From the NCBI GenBank assembly GCA_034669905.1, contig JAXMOL010000059.1, positions 1 to 45,652 on the forward strand: a DNA stretch of 45,652 nucleotides, written 5' to 3'. A program made the position numbers and the translations under genes. This document shows, one piece after another, positions 27,042 to 36,607 of the stretch (positions are counted from its first letter, which is position 1; each line of letters starts with the position of its first letter). The notes beneath the pieces were generated by a model. The model had not been told where the DNA came from, made no database searches, and was given only the letters and a program-made list of their open reading frames with translations. This stretch comes from Candidatus Hydrogenedentota bacterium (GTDB lineage Bacteria > Hydrogenedentota > Hydrogenedentia > Hydrogenedentales > JAEUWI01).

Positions 27042-30000
27042 ATGAACGTGCGATTAGGCCAGTTAGTAGGTAGTGTCTGTTTGGCGACGGTGGGAATGAC
27101 CAGCGTCGCCACGGCACAGGCAGGCGAAGATATTGAGTTTACGATTGCGGATGGGTTTCAACTGGAGACCGTGTTGCGAGAGCCGGAAGTCCGCCAGCCG
27201 CTGAGTATTAACTTCGATGAACGGGGCCGCATGTGGGTGGCCCAATACCTGCAGTTTCCCTTTCCCCAGGGGCTCAAGGTCATCGGACACGACAACTACT
27301 GGCGCGTCCAATATGAAAATTTTCCTCCGCCCCCTCCTCCCAACCACGAAAAGGGCAAGGATAAGGTCACCGTTTATGAGGATACGGACGGCGACGGCAC
27401 CTTCGACAAATACACCGACTTCGTGACGGGCTTGAGCATTACGACGTCGGCCCTCCCGGGGCGCGGTGGCGTGTGGGTCATGAACCCGCCCTATTTGCTG
27501 TTCTATCCTGATGCGAATCGGGACGATATTCCCGACGGCGACCCGGAAGTGCACCTCGCCGGTTTTGGTCTGGAAGATCTTCATGCCGTGGCCAATGGCC
27601 TCCGCTGGGGACCCGATGGCTGGCTCTATGGCTACCAGGGCTCTACGACGACGGCCACGGTGACCCGCCCGGGCCTCGATGAGGAGGGCCTGCACTTCAA
27701 AGGGCAAAACCTCTGGCGCTATCATCCGGAAAGTAAACGCTTTGAGCTTTTTGCGGAAGGCGGACACAATCACTTCGGCGTGGCCCTCGATTCGGAAGGC
27801 CGCATGTTCACCGGAAGCAACGGGGGGCTCATCGGGTTTCATCAGGTGCAGGGGGGGTATACCTGGAAGAGCTGGGCGAAGCACGGCGAGCTGACCAATC
27901 CCTATGCCTACGGATTCTTCATGGGGATGGAGGACCACAGCACCCGCGCAAAACTCTCCCAGGGGCTCGTCTCCTACAACGCGCCCCAATTCCCCGCGGA
28001 ATTTCAGAACGCTATCTTTACCGCCCGTGCGCTCAAGCGCTGCATCAGCGTGGCCAACCTTCAGCCGAAGGGTTCCACCTTCTCAGCCCATGAATTCCTC
28101 CAACTTCTGGAAACGGACGATCAACACTTTCGGCCCGTGGCCATGGCGCAGGGTCCCGATGGCGCCCTTTATATTGCTGACTGGCACGACACGAATATCA
28201 CGTGGAGTGTATCCGCCGAGACCGATCGCATCCTCCGGGAGACAGGCCGCATCTACCGCGTGACCCATGGGGCCAACGAACCCTATGCCCCCTTCGATTT
28301 CGGCACGGCGCCTATCGAAGAGGTGGTGGCGACCTTGGGCCATCCCAACAAGTGGTACCGCGAAACGGCCCTTCGCGTGCTTTATGACCGGAAAGACGCC
28401 AGCGCGATTCCCGCCCTGGAAAAAATACTCTGGCAGAAAGATCGCATTGATCCCCTGGCGCTCCAGGCCCTGTGGGGTATTAACGCCTCCGGTGGTTTCA
28501 CCCCCGAGTTCGCGGAGAAAGCCCTGGATCATCCCAACACCCAGGTGCGCGTCTGGACCCTCCGTCTCCTGGGCAATGACCACATGACGACGCCCCTCAT
28601 CGTCCGCAAGCTCGTGGCCCTGGGCACGGTCGAGTGGGAGGCCGAAGTGCGCAGGCAACTGGCGAGCACGGCAAAGCGCCTTTCGCCCGCAGAAGGCCTG
28701 CCCGTTGTGTTGGCCATGTTGCGCTCCGGCAAAGACGTGGACGACACCTTCATTCCCCTCTTGCTCTGGTGGGCCGTGGAACAACACATTCGCGAAGATG
28801 CCGCCGCCGTGGTGGAATGGGCGAAAGAAGCATCCACCCTGCGCAGCGCCATATTCGACGACGTGATCGTGTCTCGGCTGGGACAGCGCTTTACCCAGGA
28901 CCGGGAAGACGAGGACTTTAATCATTGCGCGGCCATCCTGGCGTCCCTTACCGATGCGAAGCATCGCCAGTCGCTGCTGACCGGTATGGCGACCGGGCTG
29001 GGGCGCGGCACGAATGCGACGGTGCCCGCGGCACTCAATGCGACCCTGGCCGAGATGCTGGTGGCTGATCCCACCAACACCCAACTGCTGATTATTGCGG
29101 CCCGTCTCGGTAACACGGAGGTTTATGAAAAGGCCACGACCATGATTGCCGATACGGCGGTTCCCAAGGGACAGCGCATCGCCCTCATCCAATTGCTGGG
29201 CGAAGAGCGCTTTGCTCCTGCCCGCGACGTGTTGCTCCAGCTCTTCCTGGGCAGTGAAGGCGATGACATTCGGGGTGCCGCCCTGGGGGCCGTGCAGCGT
29301 TTCCCCGATGAAGCCGTGGGCGATGCCCTCCTGAAGACCCTCCCGGGTGCGGCGGGGCTCAAAGGAAAAATTGCCAGCGCCCTTGTATCCCGCACGCCCT
29401 GGGCCACCAAATTGCTCAAGGCGGTGGATGAAGGCCAGGTCCCCGCTACCGATGTGGATAGGGTATTGCTCATTAACCTGGCCGCGCTGGGTGATCCCGC
29501 GATTGATGCCCTCGTGTTGAAACACTGGGGGGCCATCCGCACCAGTCCCGATGAAAAAATGGGCCTGGTGAACGCCATTCACTCCAAGATAAAAAACGGA
29601 CCGGGTTATGCCCGCGCCGGTATTAAGATCTATGAAGAGTCCTGCGGAAAGTGCCACGTACACCTGGGTATCGGCCGCCAGGTAGGGCCCGAGATGACGG
29701 GGCTCAATCGCAAGGATATGTGGGACTTTGTCACCAACGTGGTAGACCCGAGTAAATCGGTCTTGCCCGAATACACGGGGACGATTTTCACCATCCTGGG
29801 AGAAGACGATGGCCTGGGTGCTGCGGAGCAGACGATTACCGGCTTCGTATTACGCGAGTCCGATACGGAGATTACCCTCATTGATTCGGCAGGTACGGAA
29901 ATGACCGTGTCGCGGGACAAGGTAAAATCCATGGAGCCCATGGCCCAATCGGTGATGCCGGAAGGGCTGGTGTCCCACATGACTGACCAGGAACTGCGCG

Positions 30001-30047
30001 ATCTCTTCGCCTTCATCCGGGCGGATTCCATGCCTCCGGCGGAATAA
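27042..30047 (+). CDS. PVC-type heme-binding CxxCH protein (membrane-bound dehydrogenase domain + HEAT repeats + cytochrome c)
   Basis: FDERGRMWV, WGPDGWLYG, GPDGALYIADW, GRIYRV; HEAT-like middle region; CGKCH...VGPEM; S.MPEGL...RDLFAFI. Confidence 0.93.
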   Translation: MNVRLGQLVGSVCLATVGMTSVATAQAGEDIEFTIADGFQLETVLREPEVRQPLSINFDERGRMWVAQYLQFPFPQGLKVIGHDNYWRVQYENFPPPPPPNHEKGKDKVTVYEDTDGDGTFDKYTDFVTGLSITTSALPGRGGVWVMNPPYLLFYPDANRDDIPDGDPEVHLAGFGLEDLHAVANGLRWGPDGWLYGYQGSTTTATVTRPGLDEEGLHFKGQNLWRYHPESKRFELFAEGGHNHFGVALDSEGRMFTGSNGGLIGFHQVQGGYTWKSWAKHGELTNPYAYGFFMGMEDHSTRAKLSQGLVSYNAPQFPAEFQNAIFTARALKRCISVANLQPKGSTFSAHEFLQLLETDDQHFRPVAMAQGPDGALYIADWHDTNITWSVSAETDRILRETGRIYRVTHGANEPYAPFDFGTAPIEEVVATLGHPNKWYRETALRVLYDRKDASAIPALEKILWQKDRIDPLALQALWGINASGGFTPEFAEKALDHPNTQVRVWTLRLLGNDHMTTPLIVRKLVALGTVEWEAEVRRQLASTAKRLSPAEGLPVVLAMLRSGKDVDDTFIPLLLWWAVEQHIREDAAAVVEWAKEASTLRSAIFDDVIVSRLGQRFTQDREDEDFNHCAAILASLTDAKHRQSLLTGMATGLGRGTNATVPAALNATLAEMLVADPTNTQLLIIAARLGNTEVYEKATTMIADTAVPKGQRIALIQLLGEERFAPARDVLLQLFLGSEGDDIRGAALGAVQRFPDEAVGDALLKTLPGAAGLKGKIASALVSRTPWATKLLKAVDEGQVPATDVDRVLLINLAALGDPAIDALVLKHWGAIRTSPDEKMGLVNAIHSKIKNGPGYARAGIKIYEESCGKCHVHLGIGRQVGPEMTGLNRKDMWDFVTNVVDPSKSVLPEYTGTIFTILGEDDGLGAAEQTITGFVLRESDTEITLIDSAGTEMTVSRDKVKSMEPMAQSVMPEGLVSHMTDQELRDLFAFIRADSMPPAE

Positions 30048-30071
30048 GCGTGAGACCATAGAAACGATGCC

Positions 30072-30101
30072 ACGGGCGGCCCCATTGGGTCGCCCGTTTC
30101 G
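30072..30101 (+). terminator. Probable intrinsic terminator
   Basis: acgggcggccc-catt-gggtcgcccgt followed by ttcgt. Confidence 0.6.
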
Positions 30102-30151
30102 TATGGGAATGGGGGGGGCGGACTGATTGAGATGCTCGCTTTGGGAACCTA

Positions 30152-30370
30152 TCGTGCCGCGCGATCCCCCAAAAGGCGAGTATCAACGAGTTCTGACGGG
30201 GTTCGTGCGTCTGAAGTGCAAGAGGTGTTGAGCAAGTAGCACGAACCGCGAAACCCAAAACCCATCGTGATAACTCCGTTACTCGCACTGCTTTTTAGTC
30301 TTTCTCCTTCCTTGCGCACGAACTTCCCCAAACTCGCTCAGGCTCGTCTGTTGAAGATCGCGCGGCACGA
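30152..30370. repeat. Inverted-repeat element, family B, copy 2 (longer core)
   Basis: Same left arm of about 55 nt as 11498 and 41268; ends gatcgcgcggcacga. Confidence 0.88.
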
Positions 30371-30495
30371 CCGTGAGGCGATTGGGGACATGGTTTGTAC
30401 CGATTATTCGCATGAATTCTGCTGGTCGCCCCCTTCCCAAGCCCCTCCACTTGGTGTATGCTGAATCCCAAGGCAGTTTTGAGCGAACGCGTTTC

Positions 30496-30511
30496 TGGCA
30501 CCTCGATTTCA
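30496..30511 (+). promoter_or_regulatory. Possible sigma54 promoter of the aldehyde dehydrogenase
   Basis: TGGCACCTCGATTTCA: perfect -24 box, -12 box is TTTC instead of TTGC. Confidence 0.35.
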
Positions 30512-30546
30512 GGAGTGTCATTTCCCCAACCGCAGGAGGAGCCACC

Positions 30547-32052
30547 ATGGCCGGAGTAGTGGTAGACGAAGGCGTGCATGCTGATGTGCGCACGTTTCTT
30601 TCCCAGGACCGAATGATGCTGATCGACGGTAAATGGGTGCCCGCCGCGTCGGGGGCCTGTTTCGAAGTGGTGAATCCCGCTACGGGCGACGTGCTGGCCC
30701 GGGTGGCCGAGGGCGACAAGGAGGACATTGACCGGGCCGTGGCGGCGGCCAATCGGGCCTTCGAATCGGGACCCTGGTCGAAGATGACCCCTTCGGAGCG
30801 CGGGAAGTGCCTCTGGCGTCTCGCCGATTTGTTAGAAGAGCACCTGGACGAGTTCGCCCAATTGGAAACCCTCGATAACGGGAAACCCCTCGGCGTCGCC
30901 ATGGTGGCCGATGTGCCATTGGCCGTCGACCACTTTCGTTATTACGCCGGGTGGGCCACCAAGCTCAATGGGGAGTCCATCGATATCTCCGTGCCCTTTG
31001 CGCCGGGTGCCGAGTTTCACACCTATACCCGCCGGGAGCCCATCGGCGTGGTGGGCCAGATTATTCCCTGGAACTTCCCCCTCCTCATGGCGGCGTGGAA
31101 GTTGGGCCCTGCCCTGGCCACGGGGTGCACGGTGGTCTTGAAACCTGCCGAGCAGACGCCCCTGACCGCCCTCCGTCTCGGTGAGTTGCTTTCGCAGGCG
31201 GGCTTTCCCGATGGGGTGGTGAATATCGTCCCCGGATTCGGGGAGACCGCCGGTGCGGCCCTTTCGGGACATCCGGAGGTGGCGAAGGTCGCGTTCACCG
31301 GGTCGACCGAAGTCGGTAAGCTCATCGTGAAAGCCGCGGCGAACGACCTGAAAAAGATTACCCTCGAACTGGGTGGCAAGTCACCGAATATCGTTTTTGC
31401 CGATTCGGACTTGTCATCGGCCGTGCCCGGTGCGGCGAGCGCCATTTTCTTTAACCACGGACAGGCCTGTTGTGCGGGATCCCGTCTCTACATCGAGCAG
31501 AAAATCTTTGACCAGGTCATCGACGGGGTTGTGGAAAATGCCAAGGGCATCAAGGTGGGCTCGGGCATGGACCCGGAATCGACCATGGGTCCCCTCGTTT
31601 CCCAGGAGCAATTTGATCGGGTCACGGGTTATATGGAGTCCGGCATGTCACAGGGCGCCGAGGCGGCCTGTGGCGGCAAACGCGTGGGGAATCGCGGTTA
31701 CTTTGTGGAGCCCACGGTATTGGTGAATACCAACCCCGATATGACCGTCGTCCAGGAAGAAATATTCGGACCCGTGGTGACGGCTATGCCCTTCAGTGAC
31801 ATCGATGAGATCGCGGCTGTGGCCAACGATACGGTTTATGGGCTGGCCGCCGGAATCTGGACCCAGGATATCAGCAAGGCCCACAAGTTGGCCTCCCGCA
31901 TCAAGGCTGGCACGGTGTGGGTAAACTGCTACAACATCTTCGACGCGGCCATGCCCTTTGGCGGCTACAAGCAAAGTGGCTGGGGTCGTGAAATGGGTGC
32001 CCAGGCGCTGGAAAATTACCTGCAGACCAAGGCGGTGTGCGTCCAGTTGTAG
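30547..32052 (+). CDS. Aldehyde dehydrogenase (ALDH1/2, phenylacetaldehyde-dehydrogenase-like)
   Basis: IIPWNFP, KPAEQTP, FTGSTEVG, LELGGKSP, catalytic Cys in GQACCAGSR, EEIFGPV, PFGGYKQSG; GGAGG RBS. Confidence 0.97.
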   Translation: MAGVVVDEGVHADVRTFLSQDRMMLIDGKWVPAASGACFEVVNPATGDVLARVAEGDKEDIDRAVAAANRAFESGPWSKMTPSERGKCLWRLADLLEEHLDEFAQLETLDNGKPLGVAMVADVPLAVDHFRYYAGWATKLNGESIDISVPFAPGAEFHTYTRREPIGVVGQIIPWNFPLLMAAWKLGPALATGCTVVLKPAEQTPLTALRLGELLSQAGFPDGVVNIVPGFGETAGAALSGHPEVAKVAFTGSTEVGKLIVKAAANDLKKITLELGGKSPNIVFADSDLSSAVPGAASAIFFNHGQACCAGSRLYIEQKIFDQVIDGVVENAKGIKVGSGMDPESTMGPLVSQEQFDRVTGYMESGMSQGAEAACGGKRVGNRGYFVEPTVLVNTNPDMTVVQEEIFGPVVTAMPFSDIDEIAAVANDTVYGLAAGIWTQDISKAHKLASRIKAGTVWVNCYNIFDAAMPFGGYKQSGWGREMGAQALENYLQTKAVCVQL

Positions 32053-32079
32053 CACGTGATGGCGGAATCGAATCGTAAT

Positions 32080-32106
32080 GGGTCGCGTGGCACGGTCACG
32101 CGGCCC
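32080..32106 (+). terminator. Hairpin after the ALDH gene, probable terminator
   Basis: gggtcgcgtggc-acg-gtcacgcggccc, with tatgctttt shortly after. Confidence 0.5.
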
Positions 32107-32344
32107 CTATGCTTTTGGTCCATGGGCAACTCAAGGGTAAGTGATGAATCTCAGCAGCATATCGTGCCACCCGATCCCACGCGACCGTCGGTCGGGTTCG
32201 GGTGCCTAGAGCCTAAAGAAACCTTGGTCAACCTTCCGGATTTTCGATACGGAGGCGTGAAGCTATCAACAGATTCATCTGAGTCCGGAAGGGGAATAGC
32301 ACATCCCGAAAAGCTGTTTTAGTAGTTTAAGCAGTTGTTATGCT

Positions 32345-32392
32345 CATTATCATTGAAAATCCGACCGTAACGGCTGACTTTTCAATGATAAA
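32345..32392. promoter_or_regulatory. AT-rich inverted repeat in the promoter of the AAA_14/DUF4143 gene
   Basis: ttatcattgaaaa ... ttttcaatgataa (13-bp perfect arms) just before a tgctatcat -10-like element. Confidence 0.6.
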
Positions 32393-32408
32393 ATGCTATC
32401 ATACACCT

Positions 32409-33548
32409 ATGATAGATCGTCCTACAGACCGTGAGAGGCTACAGCAACTCCTGGATCTCTTTCCTGCGGTCGCCATCCTCGGCCCCCGACAGTCGGGAAA
32501 AACCACCTTGGCGCGGCAGTTTTCGGAAGACCATTTCTTCGATCTGGAGGACCCCGAGGACGCCCAGGCGCTGGAACAGCCCAAGTTGGCCCTGGGTGCC
32601 CTGAAGGGACTTATCGTCATTGATGAGATTCAGCGAATTCCAGAGTTGTTTCCCCTGCTTCGCCACCTTATCGACACGCGGCCTCAACAGCGCTATTTAA
32701 TTCTGGGTAGTGCATCACGGGATCTGATCCGCCAGTCTTCGGAATCGCTGGCTGGTAGAATTGCGTACCATCAACTCGCTGGGTTTCGCCTGTCTGATGT
32801 GGGCACCGCCCAGTGGCGCTCCTTATGGCTACGCGGTGCTTTGCCACCCGCCTTTACCGCCAGTTCGGATGAGAACAGTCGCATTTGGCGCAATCAATAT
32901 ATTACGACCTTCCTGGAACGCGATATCCCCCAACTTGGTATCACTATCCCCGCTTCGACGCTACGGCGTTTCTGGACCATGTTGTGTCACTATCACGGGC
33001 AACTGATTAACTACGCCGAGTTTTCTCGTTCTTTCGGGGAGTCCGAAAAGAACATTCGGCGCTATCTCGACATTCTCGAAGGCACCTTTATGATTCGGCT
33101 CCTTCAGCCCTGGCATTCCAACGCGGGAAAACGTCTTGTCAAGCGCCCCAAACTCTACGTGCGAGACGCGGGTCTCTTTCATGCCTTGATTTCGATTCAA
33201 ACGGAGAGAGACCTCTTGGGCCACATCAAACTTGGGGCCTCGTGGGAGGGATTTGCCCTCGAATGTGCAATCCGCGCCATCGGGAAGGGCAACGAAGAGT
33301 TTTCCTTTTGGGCCACCCATTCCGGGGCCGAAGTCGATCTCGTGTGGCAGGAACATGGCAAGATTTGGGCAATCGAAGTGAAACATGCCGACGCACCACG
33401 GAAGACAAAATCAATGCAAAGTGCCTTGGATGATTTGGAGCTGGAGCACTTGTGGGTTGTTTATCCGGGTGAAAAATCCTACCCACTCGCTCCAAACATT
33501 ACGACGCTGCCCATCGAACAAATCGGCGCCGCCTGGGAATACCCGTAG
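32409..33548 (+). CDS. AAA_14 ATPase with C-terminal DUF4143 (PD-(D/E)xK-like) domain
   Basis: GPRQSGKTT, IDEIQ, LGSAS, SESLAGR, KRLVKRPKLYVRD.G, GASWEGF, EVDLV...AIEVK. Confidence 0.93.
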   Translation: MIDRPTDRERLQQLLDLFPAVAILGPRQSGKTTLARQFSEDHFFDLEDPEDAQALEQPKLALGALKGLIVIDEIQRIPELFPLLRHLIDTRPQQRYLILGSASRDLIRQSSESLAGRIAYHQLAGFRLSDVGTAQWRSLWLRGALPPAFTASSDENSRIWRNQYITTFLERDIPQLGITIPASTLRRFWTMLCHYHGQLINYAEFSRSFGESEKNIRRYLDILEGTFMIRLLQPWHSNAGKRLVKRPKLYVRDAGLFHALISIQTERDLLGHIKLGASWEGFALECAIRAIGKGNEEFSFWATHSGAEVDLVWQEHGKIWAIEVKHADAPRKTKSMQSALDDLELEHLWVVYPGEKSYPLAPNITTLPIEQIGAAWEYP

Positions 33549-33555
33549 GCCCTCT

Positions 33556-34509
33556 CTACACCTTCTCCGCCTGCCCGTCCGGACATGCCTGGGCCATATC
33601 GGGCGACATGACGGGGGTCTTTCGATTCCGCATCATGCGCGAGCCCTGTCCGACGATGAGGACGAGTAGCCCCGCCCAGACAAAAATGAATCCAATTAAT
33701 TTGTCGGGATTCATCGGTTCGCCAAAGGCGAAGAGTCCGATGGCAAACTGGAGGGAGGGCGTGATGTATTGGAGGAAGCCCATGGTGTTGAGGGGCAGGC
33801 GCCGTGCACCACCAGAGAACAAGAGCAGCGGCAGGGTGGTCGAGATGCCGGTGGCCAGGAGCAAAAACTGGACCAGTGGCGTTCCGGTGAAGAGGGCGAG
33901 ATTCTGCCCCATGCCCAGGTAGACGAGATAGGCAGCCGCCACGGGCATGACCATGGTGGTCTCCAGGAAGAGACTGGAAACGGCATCAAGTTTCAGGCGC
34001 TTTTTCGCGACGCCGTAGAAGCCGAAGAGCAAAGGTAGTGACAGGGATATCCAGGAGAAGCCACCCAGGGTGACGAGCTGATAGCCGATACCGACGGCGG
34101 CCAGGAGCAGACAGGTCACCTGGTATCGGTTCAGGCGCTCTCGGAAAAAGACCAACCCGATAAGAATAAGCAAGATGGGATTAATGAAATAGCCCATACT
34201 CGCATCGATGGTGCGCTCCGTACTCACGGCATAGATATAGACCAGCCAATTGCCCGTAATCATGAGTGAGGCAAAGGCCAGCAAAACCACCTGTTTCCCC
34301 GAGCGCAGCGCGCCAAAGACACTGCGATGCCTTCCCTGCCACCAGAGGATGGCCAGCAACGTAACCACCGACCACACAATCCGGTGGGCCAGCACCTCCC
34401 CACTACCGATATGGCGCAGGAGATAAAAATAGAGGGGAAAGAAACCCCACAGGGCATAGGCCGAAAAGCCCATGATCAGGCCGGGGTAGGTTTTAAAAAA
34501 CTGGGTCAC
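33556..34509 (-). CDS. rarD: EamA-family transporter RarD
   Basis: Y.LWGFFPLYF, EVLAHRIVWS, NW..YIYAV, SMGYFINP, ERL...Q, GFLQYITPSLQF. Confidence 0.92.
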   Translation of the reverse strand: MTQFFKTYPGLIMGFSAYALWGFFPLYFYLLRHIGSGEVLAHRIVWSVVTLLAILWWQGRHRSVFGALRSGKQVVLLAFASLMITGNWLVYIYAVSTERTIDASMGYFINPILLILIGLVFFRERLNRYQVTCLLLAAVGIGYQLVTLGGFSWISLSLPLLFGFYGVAKKRLKLDAVSSLFLETTMVMPVAAAYLVYLGMGQNLALFTGTPLVQFLLLATGISTTLPLLLFSGGARRLPLNTMGFLQYITPSLQFAIGLFAFGEPMNPDKLIGFIFVWAGLLVLIVGQGSRMMRNRKTPVMSPDMAQACPDGQAEKV

Positions 34510-34728
34510 CGTGGAATTCCTGGGTCGGGTTGCGTGTGGAGAAGGGGACCGAGCCTGCGAATCCCCCTGACACTGCGCAGAATATGCGTACTCGGACTCA
34601 CCGATGGCAAGAGTATAGCATTGGCTGACATGTATAGGGGACCCGCAGGTGCATATGTGCATATGATGGAAATGCGGTGGCGGCTCCGAAACTGGCAGCG
34701 CGTGGTCAAAAAAGTGGCCGCCGATTGA

Positions 34729-35961
34729 TGACTACCACGGAATGCACCGAATTACACGGAAAGTTTGTTTCCCAGCAGTTGTTGATAGATTAAGTTAGCC
34801 GTTCAATCCGTGTCATTCGTGGTCTGAAATACTGTGGGGCAAGTGAGTGAACAGAACCCAGCGAATCGGTCATTTCCTTATGGGAATTTTTCCCCAGCAT
34901 TTGGGATAGGTCGGGCAGCCCCAGAAAGCATTGCCATTGTGTTTTCCCCGCCTGGCAACACGTTGGACCATCGGAGTGCCGCACCCTGGACAGGCCGGCG
35001 CGGGCTTCTGTGTTTTCGCGGATGGGCTCGATACAGTGGGTAAAGGTAAGGGGGGGCTATCCAGAACCGGGGCGGGTGTGGCAGAGTAGCTTGGGTCCCG
35101 CTGCACCGAACGAATCAACGATTGGAGCTCCTTCGTGCCTACGAGGTGAAGGATGGGAATTCTACGTGCAAAAGCAATCGCGTCGCTCGTGAAGCCTCCC
35201 GACGCGACCACGATCCCTTCATCGGCTTGCGATTGGGTGACGACACCGAGCAGTTCCCGGACCACCCGCACGCCGACCTTCCCGGAATTCCAATGTTTAC
35301 ATTGGACCAGCGTCAGCCGCTCGCCCAGCCGTAATTCGATATCGACGCCGCCGTCGGGCTTATCTCCTCCGCCTACATGGACCGAGTATCCTTTGCGGCG
35401 ATAGGCTTCGCCCAGAAGGTGTTCAAATTCACGCCAAGTCAATTCGCGGATACTTTTGTGGCCGTCGAGGAGCTCGTCGTTGCGACGTCTTTGAATGTAC
35501 ACCGCAGCGGTAGCTAGTAGGATGAGAAAGCCAAGCACAGGACCGAAGATCAGGCCGCCCATACTCACGATGGTGGCAATAGGGGCTAATTTGGGGTCGA
35601 CGGTAGCCAACCAATTGGCGACCATGGGGAGTACTATGGATACAATCAGGAACGCGGCTGGTGCCAGGACCAGTCCTGCCCAGCCCGGAAACTTCATCAA
35701 AATACGCGTCAGGGTGTTCATAAAGTCCTCTACGAAACCCTGCTCAGCCTCTTTCCTGGCCATGAGATTGCCCCTTCTGATATTTTCTAGTCCGTTCGAG
35801 AATCATTGAAAATGGTTTCCCGAACTGGTGCGCTGAATGACCCGATACTGCCTTAAACGATACAAAGAATTAGATACATCAACCACGGGTTTCGATGCAA
35901 CTCTATAAAGATAGCGCCTGTCCAAAATTTCCGTGTATTTCCGCGTCTTCCGTGGTAGTCA
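34729..35961. mobile_element. Putative cassette bounded by 34-bp inverted repeats (family D) carrying the Mrr-like gene
   Basis: 34729-34762 vs the reverse complement of 35928-35961: 29/34 identical; built from about 10-bp ACACGGAA-type units; no transposase inside. Confidence 0.55.
34870..35763 (-). CDS. Membrane-anchored Mrr-like restriction endonuclease with C-terminal topoisomerase C4 zinc finger
   Basis: Two N-terminal TM segments; W.EFE.L..EAYRR.GY, DGGVDI, VQCKHW, VREL.G, FTSDA; CPGCG...FWGCPTYPKC. Confidence 0.92.
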   Translation of the reverse strand: MARKEAEQGFVEDFMNTLTRILMKFPGWAGLVLAPAAFLIVSIVLPMVANWLATVDPKLAPIATIVSMGGLIFGPVLGFLILLATAAVYIQRRRNDELLDGHKSIRELTWREFEHLLGEAYRRKGYSVHVGGGDKPDGGVDIELRLGERLTLVQCKHWNSGKVGVRVVRELLGVVTQSQADEGIVVASGGFTSDAIAFARRIPILHLVGTKELQSLIRSVQRDPSYSATPAPVLDSPPLPLPTVSSPSAKTQKPAPACPGCGTPMVQRVARRGKHNGNAFWGCPTYPKCWGKIPIRK

Positions 35962-36089
35962 AATTATCGCATCCGCGATCTTGGCAGGCGTGAAGTGGCA
36001 CCCACAGCGCATTGGATTGCCCATTCGGAGGGAATACTCACGTATGCGCAGGGAGCGCAGGGAATGGGGGATGGCTCGAAGGGGAAAAA

Positions 36090-36173
36090 TGGCGGAGGAG
36101 ACAGGACTCGAACCTGCAAGCCCGAAGGCGGCGGTTTTCAAGACCGCTGCATTACCAATTATGCTACTCCTCC
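36090..36173 (-). tRNA. tRNA-Ser (anticodon TGA), encoded CCA
   Basis: GGAGGAG acceptor stem, anticodon arm GCGGT-CTTGAAA-ACCGC, long variable arm, GGTTCGAGTCC T-arm, GCCA end. Confidence 0.97.
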
Positions 36174-36187
36174 GCACGGGTAGGGGA

Positions 36188-36216
36188 ATTATAAAGCAAT
36201 CGATGGGGCGAGTCCA
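36188..36216 (-). promoter_or_regulatory. sigma70-type promoter of tRNA-Ser
   Basis: TGGACT-N17-TATAAT, 14 nt upstream of the tRNA. Confidence 0.7.
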
Positions 36217-36337
36217 AGAAGTGCCCGCACCGCGGCTCTTGGTTGTCTAATTGAGACCGATGAGCTGTTATTTTCAAGGTGCTGATCTCTAGAAAAGTGA
36301 AACGTCCTTTGATTTCGGCGTCCCTGCGGAGGGCGAT

Positions 36338-36566
36338 GGAACGAGCTTTCAGCCCTTCAGGGTTTTACTCGTTCCATCATGGGGCGTTGCCCCATGATGG
36401 TATGCTTCCGGGCCGTTGGCCCTAAAAGAGTTATCCGCAATGAAACCAAGCCTACGACTGCAGCGCCAACGTCGCGCTACTTGGTAGCCCTCTCCGCCAT
36501 ATACCAGCCTGCGGCAACGCCCCAGGAAATCACGGCCATTTACAACAAGGGCTGAAAGTCCGTCCC
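36338..36566. repeat. REPIN-like inverted-repeat element (family E)
   Basis: Outer ctttcagccctt/aagggctgaaag; inner tggggcgttgcc..tggtat / atacca..ggcaacgcccca. Confidence 0.75.
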
Positions 36567-36607
36567 AAAACGGCTGACCAGATCGCCCTCAAGTGCAAAT
36601 TGGACCC

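Noticed and set aside
5044..29663. Long antisense or alternative-frame ORFs (e.g. 5044-6060, 6625-8058, 13016-14440, 18873-20240, 24206-25678, 28083-29663)
   Set aside because: Shadow ORFs opposite well-supported genes, expected from GC-rich codon bias; no recognisable motifs.
32056..36173. tRNA-anchored integrative island with an att duplication
   Set aside because: No integrase, and I found no convincing direct repeat of the tRNA 3' end (only a 7-8 nt tggcgga match near 32060).
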